The notes beneath the pieces are model-generated. The model did no database searches. It was not told the origin of the DNA and saw only the letters and a program-made list of their open reading frames with translations. Below, one piece after another: positions 9,232-16,743 of a DNA stretch of 24,000 nt. This stretch comes from Balneolales bacterium. GTDB taxonomy: Bacteria; Bacteroidota; Rhodothermia; Balneolales; Cyclonatronaceae. Location: positions 2,219-26,218 of the forward strand of contig JAIULZ010000048.1 in assembly GCA_022565805.1 (NCBI GenBank), in the 5' to 3' direction. Every line of letters begins with the position of its first letter. The stretch's first letter is position 1. The position numbers were made by a program, and so were the translations under genes.

Positions 9232-9412
9232 TTTTAGCTATCAAAATATACATAATGCTCTTTAAAGACTGCAAAAAACACCGACATTCCCCCCTAGCCT
9301 TTTATCAGAGATTTTGATATCTGATGTTTAGAAAAGCAAGAGAAGCTTTTGCAAAGCCTTCTTAGTGCTATAGAATATAAACTAAAATTAGCCTTTCAAA
9401 AGCGTCTTCTCG
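9232..9412 (+). repeat. degenerate copies (D, F) of the palindromic repeat family
   Basis: Three matches to other copies. 9286-9294 attcccccc matches copy A (2251-2261). 9341-9363 agaagcttttgcaaagccttct is the core module with an internal deletion. 9391-9412 agcctttcaaaagcgtcttct is a further weak module. Confidence 0.4.
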
Positions 9413-9631
9413 AGTTTCTTATAATCCGAAACGATTCATAAAAATGATGAGAGCTACTTTTTTTACGCAATGATGCTGTCGGTTACATTACAAATTTTTG
9501 ACCGGCTTAGTTTAAACTACTTAGCCTCATTTTATAGTGGTTTGAGTTGCATTATAAGGGGCTTATATTAGGGCCTGCTGCGCAGATAGCGCAATTAAGA
9601 CCTTACTACTAAGGCTATTGATAACTGTTAC

Positions 9632-9669
9632 AGAAGACTTTACAAAACTAATCTTTGGTTCGGCTTTTG
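9632..9669 (-). repeat. degenerate reverse-oriented module (E) of the same repeat family
   Basis: agaagactttacaaaactaatctttggttcggctttt aligns with the reverse complement of the core (agaaggctttgcaaaaccactcttttgcccgccttct) and with the 14298-14343 copy (agaagactttgtaaaacc...). Confidence 0.35.
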
Positions 9670-9843
9670 TTTGTCATATAAAAAGTGACATTGCTCTATA
9701 ATCGGGTATAATGCCGGATAATTCACATTAAGACATTAAATTTCGACCTTTGTTTTGTATTCGTTTTTAACCCTATTTCTGCTGTCATAGACTTTAAACT
9801 AAATAATAAAAGAGCTTTTCCACTCTATTTGATTCTATAAATT

Positions 9844-11076
9844 ATGTCACAATCTGTTTATCTCAATTCTGAGGTTGGCCTCCTTCAGGGCGTTATTACA
9901 CATACTCCAGGGCCCGAAGTCTCGCTGGTTTCTCCTGAAACAAAAGATGATTTACTCTTCGATGATATTATTTTCGAAGAAGATGCGCGCATAGAACATA
10001 TCGAAATGCTCGACATCATGCGCACAGCCTTGCCGGACATTTCAATAATTGAAATTCGGGATTTATTTATTGAGACGTTTAGCAAACCCGAGGCGAGAGA
10101 GTATTTCATAAACAGCCTTATACGACATTATTCCAGAGAGAACCTATCTCCGGTAAAAGATGGCCTTCTTGCCCTTAATGAGCATGAGCTTGCCGATTTT
10201 GCCATTTGCGGCCAAACCGAAAGTCTGCCATCCGTTGGCTTATTGCCATCTCCAAATCTACTTTTTACGCGCGATTTAGCCGCCGTTGTTGGCAATGCGA
10301 TAGTAGTATCGAAGGCGGCTAAAAGAGCTCGCCTTAGGGAATCACTTCTTATGGATACAGTAGTTACATTCCATCCTTTATATAAAGATATTAAGGACAG
10401 AGCCATTTTTGTAAGCGGGGAAGATAGCATAGAAGGCGGCGACATTCTCGTTGTATCAGAAGATTTAGTACTCATAGGCATGAGTGAACGCACTTCTTTT
10501 AGCGGATTGATGCGGGCAGCAGAAAAGCTTATGAGCAAAGGTATAAAGCAGGTGCTTATCATAGATATTCCCAAAAAACGATCTACGATGCACCTCGACA
10601 CTATTTTTACGTTTTGCAATACCAACGAATGCGTTGTTTTCCCACCCGCCATCTCTGAAAGAACCAATAATGTAGTTTCGCTGCGCAAATCGAACGGACA
10701 TATTATTACTGAGCTAAAACCATCGCTGAAAGCCGCTCTTGAAGAGTCTTTGGGCCATGAAATCATTTTTATAAACTGTGGTGGTGACGATAAAACGGCT
10801 CAACAGCGAGAACAATGGTCGGATGGGGCTAATACATTTGCTCTGGCGCCGGGTGTTGTAATCGGTTATGAGCGTAACGTGCATACTTTCCGTGAAATGG
10901 AAAAGCATGGATATACTATTATTTCAGGCAAATCATTTCTGCAAACCTATAAAAATAAGCGCTTTGATATAAGCAAAGCCGGTAAAATGGTTATTACTTT
11001 CGAAGGTCATGAATTATGCCGTGGCCGCGGTGGCGCCCGCTGTATGACTCAACCATTTCTGCGAACCAAACTTTAA
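9844..11076 (+). CDS. arcA: arginine deiminase (guanidino-group modifying enzyme fold)
   Basis: 410 aa. It has an ADI-type N-terminus (LNSEVGLLQGVITHTPGPE), the MHLDTIFTF motif, and the C-terminal catalytic Cys context GRGGARCMTQPFLR. Confidence 0.85.
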   Translation: MSQSVYLNSEVGLLQGVITHTPGPEVSLVSPETKDDLLFDDIIFEEDARIEHIEMLDIMRTALPDISIIEIRDLFIETFSKPEAREYFINSLIRHYSRENLSPVKDGLLALNEHELADFAICGQTESLPSVGLLPSPNLLFTRDLAAVVGNAIVVSKAAKRARLRESLLMDTVVTFHPLYKDIKDRAIFVSGEDSIEGGDILVVSEDLVLIGMSERTSFSGLMRAAEKLMSKGIKQVLIIDIPKKRSTMHLDTIFTFCNTNECVVFPPAISERTNNVVSLRKSNGHIITELKPSLKAALEESLGHEIIFINCGGDDKTAQQREQWSDGANTFALAPGVVIGYERNVHTFREMEKHGYTIISGKSFLQTYKNKRFDISKAGKMVITFEGHELCRGRGGARCMTQPFLRTKL

Positions 11077-11111
11077 AAGAACTACCTTTTGGTGAAGACT
11101 TGACCAACGTT

Positions 11112-11147
11112 TGTTGTCCCGTGCTATATACAGGGCACGGGACAACA
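11112..11147 (+). terminator. stem-loop terminator after the arginine deiminase gene
   Basis: Perfect 13-bp stem: TGTTGTCCCGTGC (11112-11124) pairs with GCACGGGACAACA (11135-11147). The sequence TGGTTTTCTCT follows. The hairpin begins 36 nt after the stop codon. Confidence 0.75.
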
Positions 11148-11444
11148 TGGTTTTCTCTACCAGATGGTATCTGCAAAACCTCTCTTTTGTCTGTCTTCTC
11201 CCTCATAGCAAAAATACATACATAGGCCCAGACGCTTCGAGTAAATATTTTTAATAACCATATAGCGTGCGTTTTAGTAAGCGCTTGTAAAAAGCGGTAA
11301 TGAAATGAGAACTAACTATTCACTACTTAATAAACTTTACTTAGCGCATAAGCATCAAAAATATTCTGAACCGATTTCCATTCATACTCGTTATCTTCTG
11401 AGAAGACGTTCTACTATTTATATTTCTCAGCAAATTTTTCCTTT

Positions 11445-12653
11445 TTGAGCCAGCCCAACGAATCTGAAATTATTTATGTGGACATCACAAGTGGTGTTCC
11501 TCAAAAAAACAAGCCGACTCCCGGTACTATTATAAAGCATGTGCTGCTTTTTATTGCAACTTTTGCATCAGTAGCCGTAATGGGTGGGGTGTTTTTTGTA
11601 GGCCATACTGCAGGAGCAGAATCTATTACAGATCTGGTACTCTGGGAAGGGGTTCTCTTTGCTTTTCTTTTGTTATTATTCCTGGGCGTACATGAGTTTG
11701 GCCATTACTTTGCCGCCGTATACCATAGAGTTTCTGCATCGCTGCCTTATTTTATTCCATTACCGCTCGTTTCGCCCATTGGTACTTTAGGTGCTGTCAT
11801 AAAGATTAAAGAGCGTATTAACGACACTATTAAACTTTATGATATCGGAATATCCGGACCGCTTGCAGGGTTTGTTGTTGCTTTGGGAATTTTATTGTAT
11901 GGCTTTGCCACGCTACCCGGTCCGGAATTCCTCAACAACTTTGAGCAACACGAAGAAATAGTAGACTATGTACTTCAGCACGGTAGCTTTCCCGAAGATC
12001 CAATAGCTCCCGAAGGTTCAGAGCTTATTTTCTTTGGTGAAACCCTGCTTTATACCGCTATTGCGAGTTTTTACGATAATGCCCCGCCCATGTGGGAAAT
12101 GTACCACTATCCTTTTCTACTTGCTGGCTGGCTCGGACTTTTCTTTACTGCGCTTAACCTAATGCCGGTTGGTCAGCTTGACGGAGGCCATATTTTATAT
12201 GCTCTTATTGGTTTCAAACGGCACCAGATGGTTGCCAGAGCTTTCTTTGGTCTAGTTGTTACCTTTGCCGGTTTTGCACTACTCCCCCTGCTCGATGCAT
12301 TAAGCGCTCGTTTTATTGGTTCGGGATTTTCATTTGGATGGATTCTCTGGGCCCTGCTGTCTTTTGGAGTTTTTCGTAAGGCTTATTTTGGTCATCAGGG
12401 CTGGACACTTTGGGTTTGGCTGATTTCCCTGGCTGTAAATACCGTGATATGGAACCTCACAGGAGATACTAGTTTTGGAAGCGGCTATGGTGTTTGGGTT
12501 ATGTTTACGCTGTTTATTCTCTATTTCGTAAAAATTGAGCACCCACCCGTATATTACGAACAAGAACTTGATCCGGTACGGAAGGTTTTAGGCTGGTTAA
12601 CCATGCTTATTTTCATACTTTGCATTAGCCCGACCCCAATTTTTATACAGTAA
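11445..12653 (+). CDS. site-2 protease family (M50) integral-membrane zinc metalloprotease
   Basis: HEFGHY (HExxH) within a hydrophobic segment, the second motif NLMPVGQLDGGH, and many TM helices. The start is uncertain: TTG at 11445 as in the track, or GTG at 11478. The first in-frame ATG would remove a TM helix. Confidence 0.85.
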   Translation: MSQPNESEIIYVDITSGVPQKNKPTPGTIIKHVLLFIATFASVAVMGGVFFVGHTAGAESITDLVLWEGVLFAFLLLLFLGVHEFGHYFAAVYHRVSASLPYFIPLPLVSPIGTLGAVIKIKERINDTIKLYDIGISGPLAGFVVALGILLYGFATLPGPEFLNNFEQHEEIVDYVLQHGSFPEDPIAPEGSELIFFGETLLYTAIASFYDNAPPMWEMYHYPFLLAGWLGLFFTALNLMPVGQLDGGHILYALIGFKRHQMVARAFFGLVVTFAGFALLPLLDALSARFIGSGFSFGWILWALLSFGVFRKAYFGHQGWTLWVWLISLAVNTVIWNLTGDTSFGSGYGVWVMFTLFILYFVKIEHPPVYYEQELDPVRKVLGWLTMLIFILCISPTPIFIQ

Positions 12654-12817
12654 TAACAACCACTACTTATTACATTTACGCGGTTAAACTCCATAAATGT
12701 TTAATTAAAGTTTTCGAAGCCGTTTTTTTAGAAAAGCGACAGCCAAATTCATGACGCATTCAGAGATTTTGTGTCATAATCACATAATTAAATTTCAAAA
12801 AACAATACTGCATTAAC

Positions 12818-13276
12818 ATGTTATATAAAAGCTCGACATATTTATTTTCCGGACTCATTCCCTTTTTACTTATTTCTGTAGCGTCCCTTTTGTTTGTAGC
12901 AGGATGCGGCAATGGTGCAGATACAGCCTCTACTGACCGAAATCAAGTTATCCCGGATGGCACTATTGCGGAGCAGGTGCAGTTTCTTGTAGATCATGAC
13001 CGGTATGAAGAAGCTTTAAACAAGCTCAAGAATGAAGACAGTAGCTCTCCGGAAATAATGCAAATGAAGCGCGATACCCATTTACATTACGGCAACTGGC
13101 TCATGTACCACGCAGAAACTATACATATGACCGAAAGAATGCCAATGGCATTGGCTCATTTCAGGAAAGTGCTCGAAATGGACCCGGAAAACAGACAGGC
13201 GAGAGCAAACAAGCAGCAAATAATTGATATTTATAATCAGCTTGGTCGTCCCGTTCCCGATGGTGTTGCCCAATAA
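12818..13276 (+). CDS. hypothetical lipoprotein
   Basis: 152 aa with a signal peptide and lipobox LLFVAGC. The remainder is helical and shows weak TPR-like character (ALAHFRKVLEMDPENRQA). Confidence 0.65.
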   Translation: MLYKSSTYLFSGLIPFLLISVASLLFVAGCGNGADTASTDRNQVIPDGTIAEQVQFLVDHDRYEEALNKLKNEDSSSPEIMQMKRDTHLHYGNWLMYHAETIHMTERMPMALAHFRKVLEMDPENRQARANKQQIIDIYNQLGRPVPDGVAQ

Positions 13277-13295
13277 ATTTTTATTTATTGATTTT

Positions 13296-13440
13296 TAGAA
13301 GGCTTTGAAAAACCTTCTATTTTGTTCGTATTCGACGCGGCAGCAAAAATAAAACCGGAGTATAGGCTATCTATTCGAAGATTTAATTTTTGACCCAAGG
13401 AAGAAGGCGGGCAAAAGAGTGGTTTTGCAAAGCCTTCTAT
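13296..13440 (+). repeat. copy B, the best-preserved composite palindromic repeat (MITE/BIME-like, non-autonomous)
   Basis: Terminal inverted repeats match 18/19: tagaaggctttgaaaaacc (13296-13314) vs the reverse complement of ggttttgcaaagccttcta (13421-13439). The right arm 13402-13438 is itself a hairpin: AGAAGGC-gg-GCAAAA-gagtgg-TTTTGC-aaa-GCCTTCT. The left arm 13296-13319 is a shorter hairpin (TAGAAGG/CCTTCTA) followed by TTTTGTT. Confidence 0.6.
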
Positions 13441-13580
13441 TACACAACATTCGATTCTCATGTTTAACAATAAATGCGGAATCGATTATCATATATGATT
13501 CCGTATCGGAATACTAAGCAGCAATGCACCTTTTATTTTATTAGCATTGCAGTTTTTCCGGAATAGCATTATTCAACTTT

Positions 13581-14048
13581 ATGAAAGAAAAGAAAAAACA
13601 AGGCCCGCCGGCCATGAAAAACAAAAAGGCTTTTTTCGAATATCAGATTGAAAAAACCTTTGTAGCGGGCATAGAGCTTAAAGGAACCGAAGTGAAATCT
13701 TTGAGAGCTGGTCATGCGAGCTTCACAGATTCTTTTGCCTACATTCACAAAGGAGAAATCTGGCTTAAAGAGCTTTATATAAAAGAGTTTGAGCAGGGTT
13801 CCTACAACAATCACCCGCCAAGGAGAGAACGCCGGTTATTACTCCACAAAGATGAAATCCGGAAGATAGACACGGCTTTGTCGCAGAAAGGCTATACGCT
13901 TATTCCTCTAAAACTGTTTTTCTTGAGAGGCTATGCTAAAGTAGAGCTGGGATTGGCTAAAGGTAAGAAAATGCACGATAAGAGAGCTTCTATTGCCGAA
14001 AAAGATGTTAAACGGGAAATGGATCGTGCAATGAAGACGAATTACTAA
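13581..14048 (+). CDS. smpB: SsrA-binding protein SmpB
   Basis: 155 aa with family-typical sequence: KNKKAFFEYQIEKTFVAGIELKGTEVKSLRAG...YIKEFEQGSYNNHPPRRERRLLLHKDEI...LIPLKLFF.RGYAKVELGLAKGKK.HDKR. Confidence 0.95.
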   Translation: MKEKKKQGPPAMKNKKAFFEYQIEKTFVAGIELKGTEVKSLRAGHASFTDSFAYIHKGEIWLKELYIKEFEQGSYNNHPPRRERRLLLHKDEIRKIDTALSQKGYTLIPLKLFFLRGYAKVELGLAKGKKMHDKRASIAEKDVKREMDRAMKTNY

Positions 14049-14176
14049 TAAAAGGGAAATTTTTCTCTTACCTGCACTATTCACAAAAAAATATAGAATC
14101 GTTTTTATCACGATGGCTATCAATGAGATACATTAAATAAAGATTAATTTTTAAATCAGGTATTGTCACACACGGC

Positions 14177-14279
14177 GAAGTTTAGTTGTGGGCTGCGTTG
14201 TCTTGAAAATGGTTTGCTCAACGTACTGTGGTACGTTTCCGTCACCATTTCCCAGACGCCTTGCCCACAACCAAACTTC
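14177..14279. repeat. 103-nt extended imperfect palindrome (long rod-like hairpin)
   Basis: Three helices. The outer helix pairs 14177-14193 with 14263-14279 (16 Watson-Crick pairs and one A-C). The middle helix pairs 14200-14213 with 14244-14257 (12 of 14). The apical helix is AACGTAC/GTACGTT (14220-14226 / 14231-14237) with a 4-nt loop. It lies between the convergent smpB and rnpB genes. Confidence 0.6.
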
Positions 14280-14297
14280 TTGGTGAATAATGCAGGC

Positions 14298-14343
14298 TTA
14301 TAAGAAGACTTTGTAAAACCATTATTTTGGCCGCCTTCTATAA
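14298..14343 (-). repeat. solo module (copy C) of the palindromic repeat family
   Basis: The minus strand reads ttatagaaggcggccaaaataatggttttacaaagtcttcttataa. This matches the core module of 13402-13438 and has an extended TTATA...TATAA flank. Confidence 0.5.
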
Positions 14344-14441
14344 CTGAGGGAAATTCTGCATGCAAACAACAGCACGCATATACTCATATTTCCAGGCTCT
14401 CTGATTTCAAAAATAAATAAAGTTCGTCTGTAAATAAAAAA

Positions 14442-14825
14442 GGCAGAGACTGCCTGTAAGCCGAATTCTGTATTTCAGTGCTTGCGCTCTAAAATGGTAA
14501 TCATTTATCTGGGACAGCGGTCGCCCGCTGCCTCTTGCAGCCTACCCGACAGCGTAATAACCGGTAGTATATACTGCCTGCTTGGCCTTGCACCCCGTGA
14601 GGTTTACCCTGCCGCTATAGTCGCCTACAGCGCGGTGGGCTCTTACCCCACCATTTCACCCTTACCCCGGCAAGCCGGGGCGGTATATTTTCTGTGGCAC
14701 TATCTGTAGCCTGGCCTTTACAAGTCAGACCCCTTCCCGTTAGGAAGCACGGCACCGGTTGGTGTTCGGACTTTCCTCCCTCTGCTTCATTATAAAACAA
14801 AGAGCGATTACCCGGCAGTCTCTGC
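14442..14825 (-). ncRNA. rnpB: RNase P RNA, bacterial type A
   Basis: The minus strand shows the P1 pairing GCAGAGACUGCC...GGCAGUCUCUGCC. Universally conserved blocks are present: GAGGAAAGUCCG, GGUAAGGGUGAAAUGGUGGGGUAAGAGCCCACC, GGGUAAACC, GCAAGGCCAA, GGGUAGGCUGC and ACAGAAUUCGGCUUACAG. The length is 384 nt and the 3' end is followed by UUUUUUUAUUU. Confidence 0.95.
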
Positions 14826-14937
14826 GTTATGCTCTATTTAACCCGCATTTTTTATTCCAGGCTGTGGAAAAGTACAACAAATTCCTACAGACCTGCCAAC
14901 AGCAAAATGCCATCATTCTACAAAAAATCCGGTTTAT

Positions 14938-15669
14938 TTATTCGTAGACTTTCTTGGCATTTTCGAAAAACTCGGGATCAACAACGATTCGCCCGCTGTT
15001 TTCATCAATAATGATTTTGTTCATTCTGCGAACTTCCATCTGTACCTGTGGCGGCATCATCATTCCCATGCATGCGCCGTTTATCATAGGGCAAACGGCC
15101 ATTCCATTATTTAGCCCGTTGCGTAACCGATTATAACTGCGCAGATAACGCGTACCTACGGTTGTTTCTGCTTCTTCACGGCGCTCAAAGAGTTCCTTTT
15201 CCTCTTCACGGGTACGCTCAATCACATTCTGCAGATTGCTTTTCATTACATCCAGCTCTTTTTCTTTTTCTGCAAGAATAGTTTTACTCTGCTCGAGATC
15301 TTTTTCAATTTCCTGCTGCAGAATTTCTATTTCTTCTAATCTGGAGTATGCATTTTCTATAAGCTGCTTTTGGGCCTCCATTTCTTTAGTAAGAGCGTCG
15401 TATTCACGATTATTACGAACTGAAAGCTGCTGCTCTTCATATTTCTTTATCAGCTCGCCTGCATCGGTAATTTCCAGCTCAAGCTTGGCTTTTTCCAGCT
15501 TTAAATCCCTTGACTGAGCGGTATTTTTTTTAACACGGGCATCAATCCTGGCGATATCCGTTTCATGATCTGCGATGTCTTCAGGTAGGTCGCCCCGCAT
15601 CTTCTTGAGTTCGTCTAACTTGGTATCTATAAACTGCAGGTTTACAAGGTTTTGTATTATTTCGCGCAT
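14938..15669 (-). CDS. COG1579/DUF164-type coiled-coil protein with degenerate C-terminal zinc ribbon
   Basis: 243 aa with a long E/K/L-rich coiled coil. It sits immediately downstream of Nif3, which is the typical pairing. The C-terminal region VCPMINGACMGMMMPPQ...IIIDENSGRIVV aligns by eye to the family's CxxC...PPQ...CxxCGRIL ribbon but retains only two Cys. Confidence 0.75.
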   Translation of the reverse strand: MREIIQNLVNLQFIDTKLDELKKMRGDLPEDIADHETDIARIDARVKKNTAQSRDLKLEKAKLELEITDAGELIKKYEEQQLSVRNNREYDALTKEMEAQKQLIENAYSRLEEIEILQQEIEKDLEQSKTILAEKEKELDVMKSNLQNVIERTREEEKELFERREEAETTVGTRYLRSYNRLRNGLNNGMAVCPMINGACMGMMMPPQVQMEVRRMNKIIIDENSGRIVVDPEFFENAKKVYE

Positions 15670-15693
15670 AAATCAATCTGACTGATTATTGTG

Positions 15694-16743
15694 TTAGAGT
15701 ACTTGTTTAATACTGTTTGAAGCAAACGAAGCTTGAAAGTGCTTTACAGGGTTCGTGTTATGCTTAGTTTCAAAAACAGGAATTTCCGGGAACTCCTGTT
15801 TTAGCTGATCTTTTAAAATACCGGCAATAGCAAATTCTGTCTCGTAATGGCCGGCGTCTACCAGTAGGAAATCGGTTGGAACAAAAAAATCGTGATACTT
15901 AATATCTGCTGTAACATACGCATCGGCGCCAGAACGGATAGCCTGCTTAATTAGAGAGGCGCCGGAACCACCACAAACCGCCACTTTATGAATGTCGCCG
16001 GAGAGTTTACCGGAGCACCGGATAGAATTTGCCTCCAGCTTTGTGCTAACCAGTTCAAGGAATTTTTGGGCAGGCATAGGTTCAGGCAAGAAACCTACTC
16101 GACCGAAACCCAGCTTTATTGATTCGGATTCCAGTTTAATTACGTCGAGCTCGTATGGTGCGCCGTTCAGCTCTTTATGGATAGCTTTTTTTAACGGATT
16201 AAGAAAATGGTGATCGTAGTTAAATTGTACCATAACCACATTCGACTCCATGCTAACCCAGCTTTGCGCCACATGGAATTCGCCCAAAATAGCCTGCATG
16301 CTATCCCGCATAGGGTTTGGCAGCCGAAGACAAACCCGAACCATACTTCCATTACGGGCTTGTAAAAAATAGGTGTTTTGAAGGTTAAGACGGCGGGCCA
16401 GCACTTCAGAAACCCCGTTCGTTACAGAATCGAGATTGGTGTGAGAGGCTATTAATGAAATATCTTTGCGAATAAGCGACTGAACCATGCTCCCAACAGG
16501 ATCTGAGCTTACAACACTTTTAAGACCTGAGAAAATTAGCGGGTGGTGGGCAATAATAAGATTGGCATTTATGCTTTCAGCCTCTTCGATAACATCGGGG
16601 GTAACGTCCAGGCAGGTAAGGATCGCTTTTATCGGGTTATTTTCTGATCCTACAAGAAGGCCTGTATTATCGTAATCCATCCTTGCAGCGTTTGGAGCCC
16701 AACGCTCTAAGAAATCAGCTATTTCCCGGACCCTTATACTCAT
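15694..16743 (-). CDS. Nif3-like dinuclear metal centre protein (YbgI/YqfO family)
   Basis: 349 aa. It has the N-terminal motif IIAHHPLIF, the C-terminal GHYETE, and an inserted middle domain as in YqfO-type members. Confidence 0.9.
   Translation of the reverse strand: MSIRVREIADFLERWAPNAARMDYDNTGLLVGSENNPIKAILTCLDVTPDVIEEAESINANLIIAHHPLIFSGLKSVVSSDPVGSMVQSLIRKDISLIASHTNLDSVTNGVSEVLARRLNLQNTYFLQARNGSMVRVCLRLPNPMRDSMQAILGEFHVAQSWVSMESNVVMVQFNYDHHFLNPLKKAIHKELNGAPYELDVIKLESESIKLGFGRVGFLPEPMPAQKFLELVSTKLEANSIRCSGKLSGDIHKVAVCGGSGASLIKQAIRSGADAYVTADIKYHDFFVPTDFLLVDAGHYETEFAIAGILKDQLKQEFPEIPVFETKHNTNPVKHFQASFASNSIKQVL

Noticed and set aside
8900-9843. Considered oriC, a CRISPR array or a large known ncRNA for the 944-bp gap with no long ORF
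   Set aside because: I found no cluster of DnaA boxes (TTATCCACA-like) and no regularly spaced direct repeats. I also saw no motif matching the large ncRNA classes I can recall. Only a formal Rfam scan could exclude the ncRNA possibility.
10128-10766. 212-aa ORF on the minus strand, plus the smaller ORFs 9885-10109, 10465-10701 and 10714-10908
   Set aside because: All lie entirely antisense to the well-supported arginine deiminase gene. Their translations are Ser/Arg-rich and low-complexity, which is typical of shadow ORFs.
13277-14441. Looked for tmRNA (ssrA) flanking smpB
   Set aside because: Neither flank shows a GGGG...5' acceptor strand, a tRNA-like T-arm with GGUUCGA.UCC...CCACCA, or a tag ORF ending in ...ALAA-stop. 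The flanks are explained by the repeat element and the long hairpin.
14482-14947. Tracked ORFs 14482-14709 (+), 14615-14800 (-) and 14759-14947 (+)
   Set aside because: They overlap the RNase P RNA gene (14442-14825), whose conserved structural blocks explain the sequence. They show no coding signal.
15236-15517. 93-aa Ser-rich ORF (+); also 14954-15136 (+), 15992-16213 (+) and 16487-16675 (+)
   Set aside because: They are antisense shadows of the E/K-rich coiled-coil gene and the Nif3 gene. Their composition is simply the complement of the sense codons.
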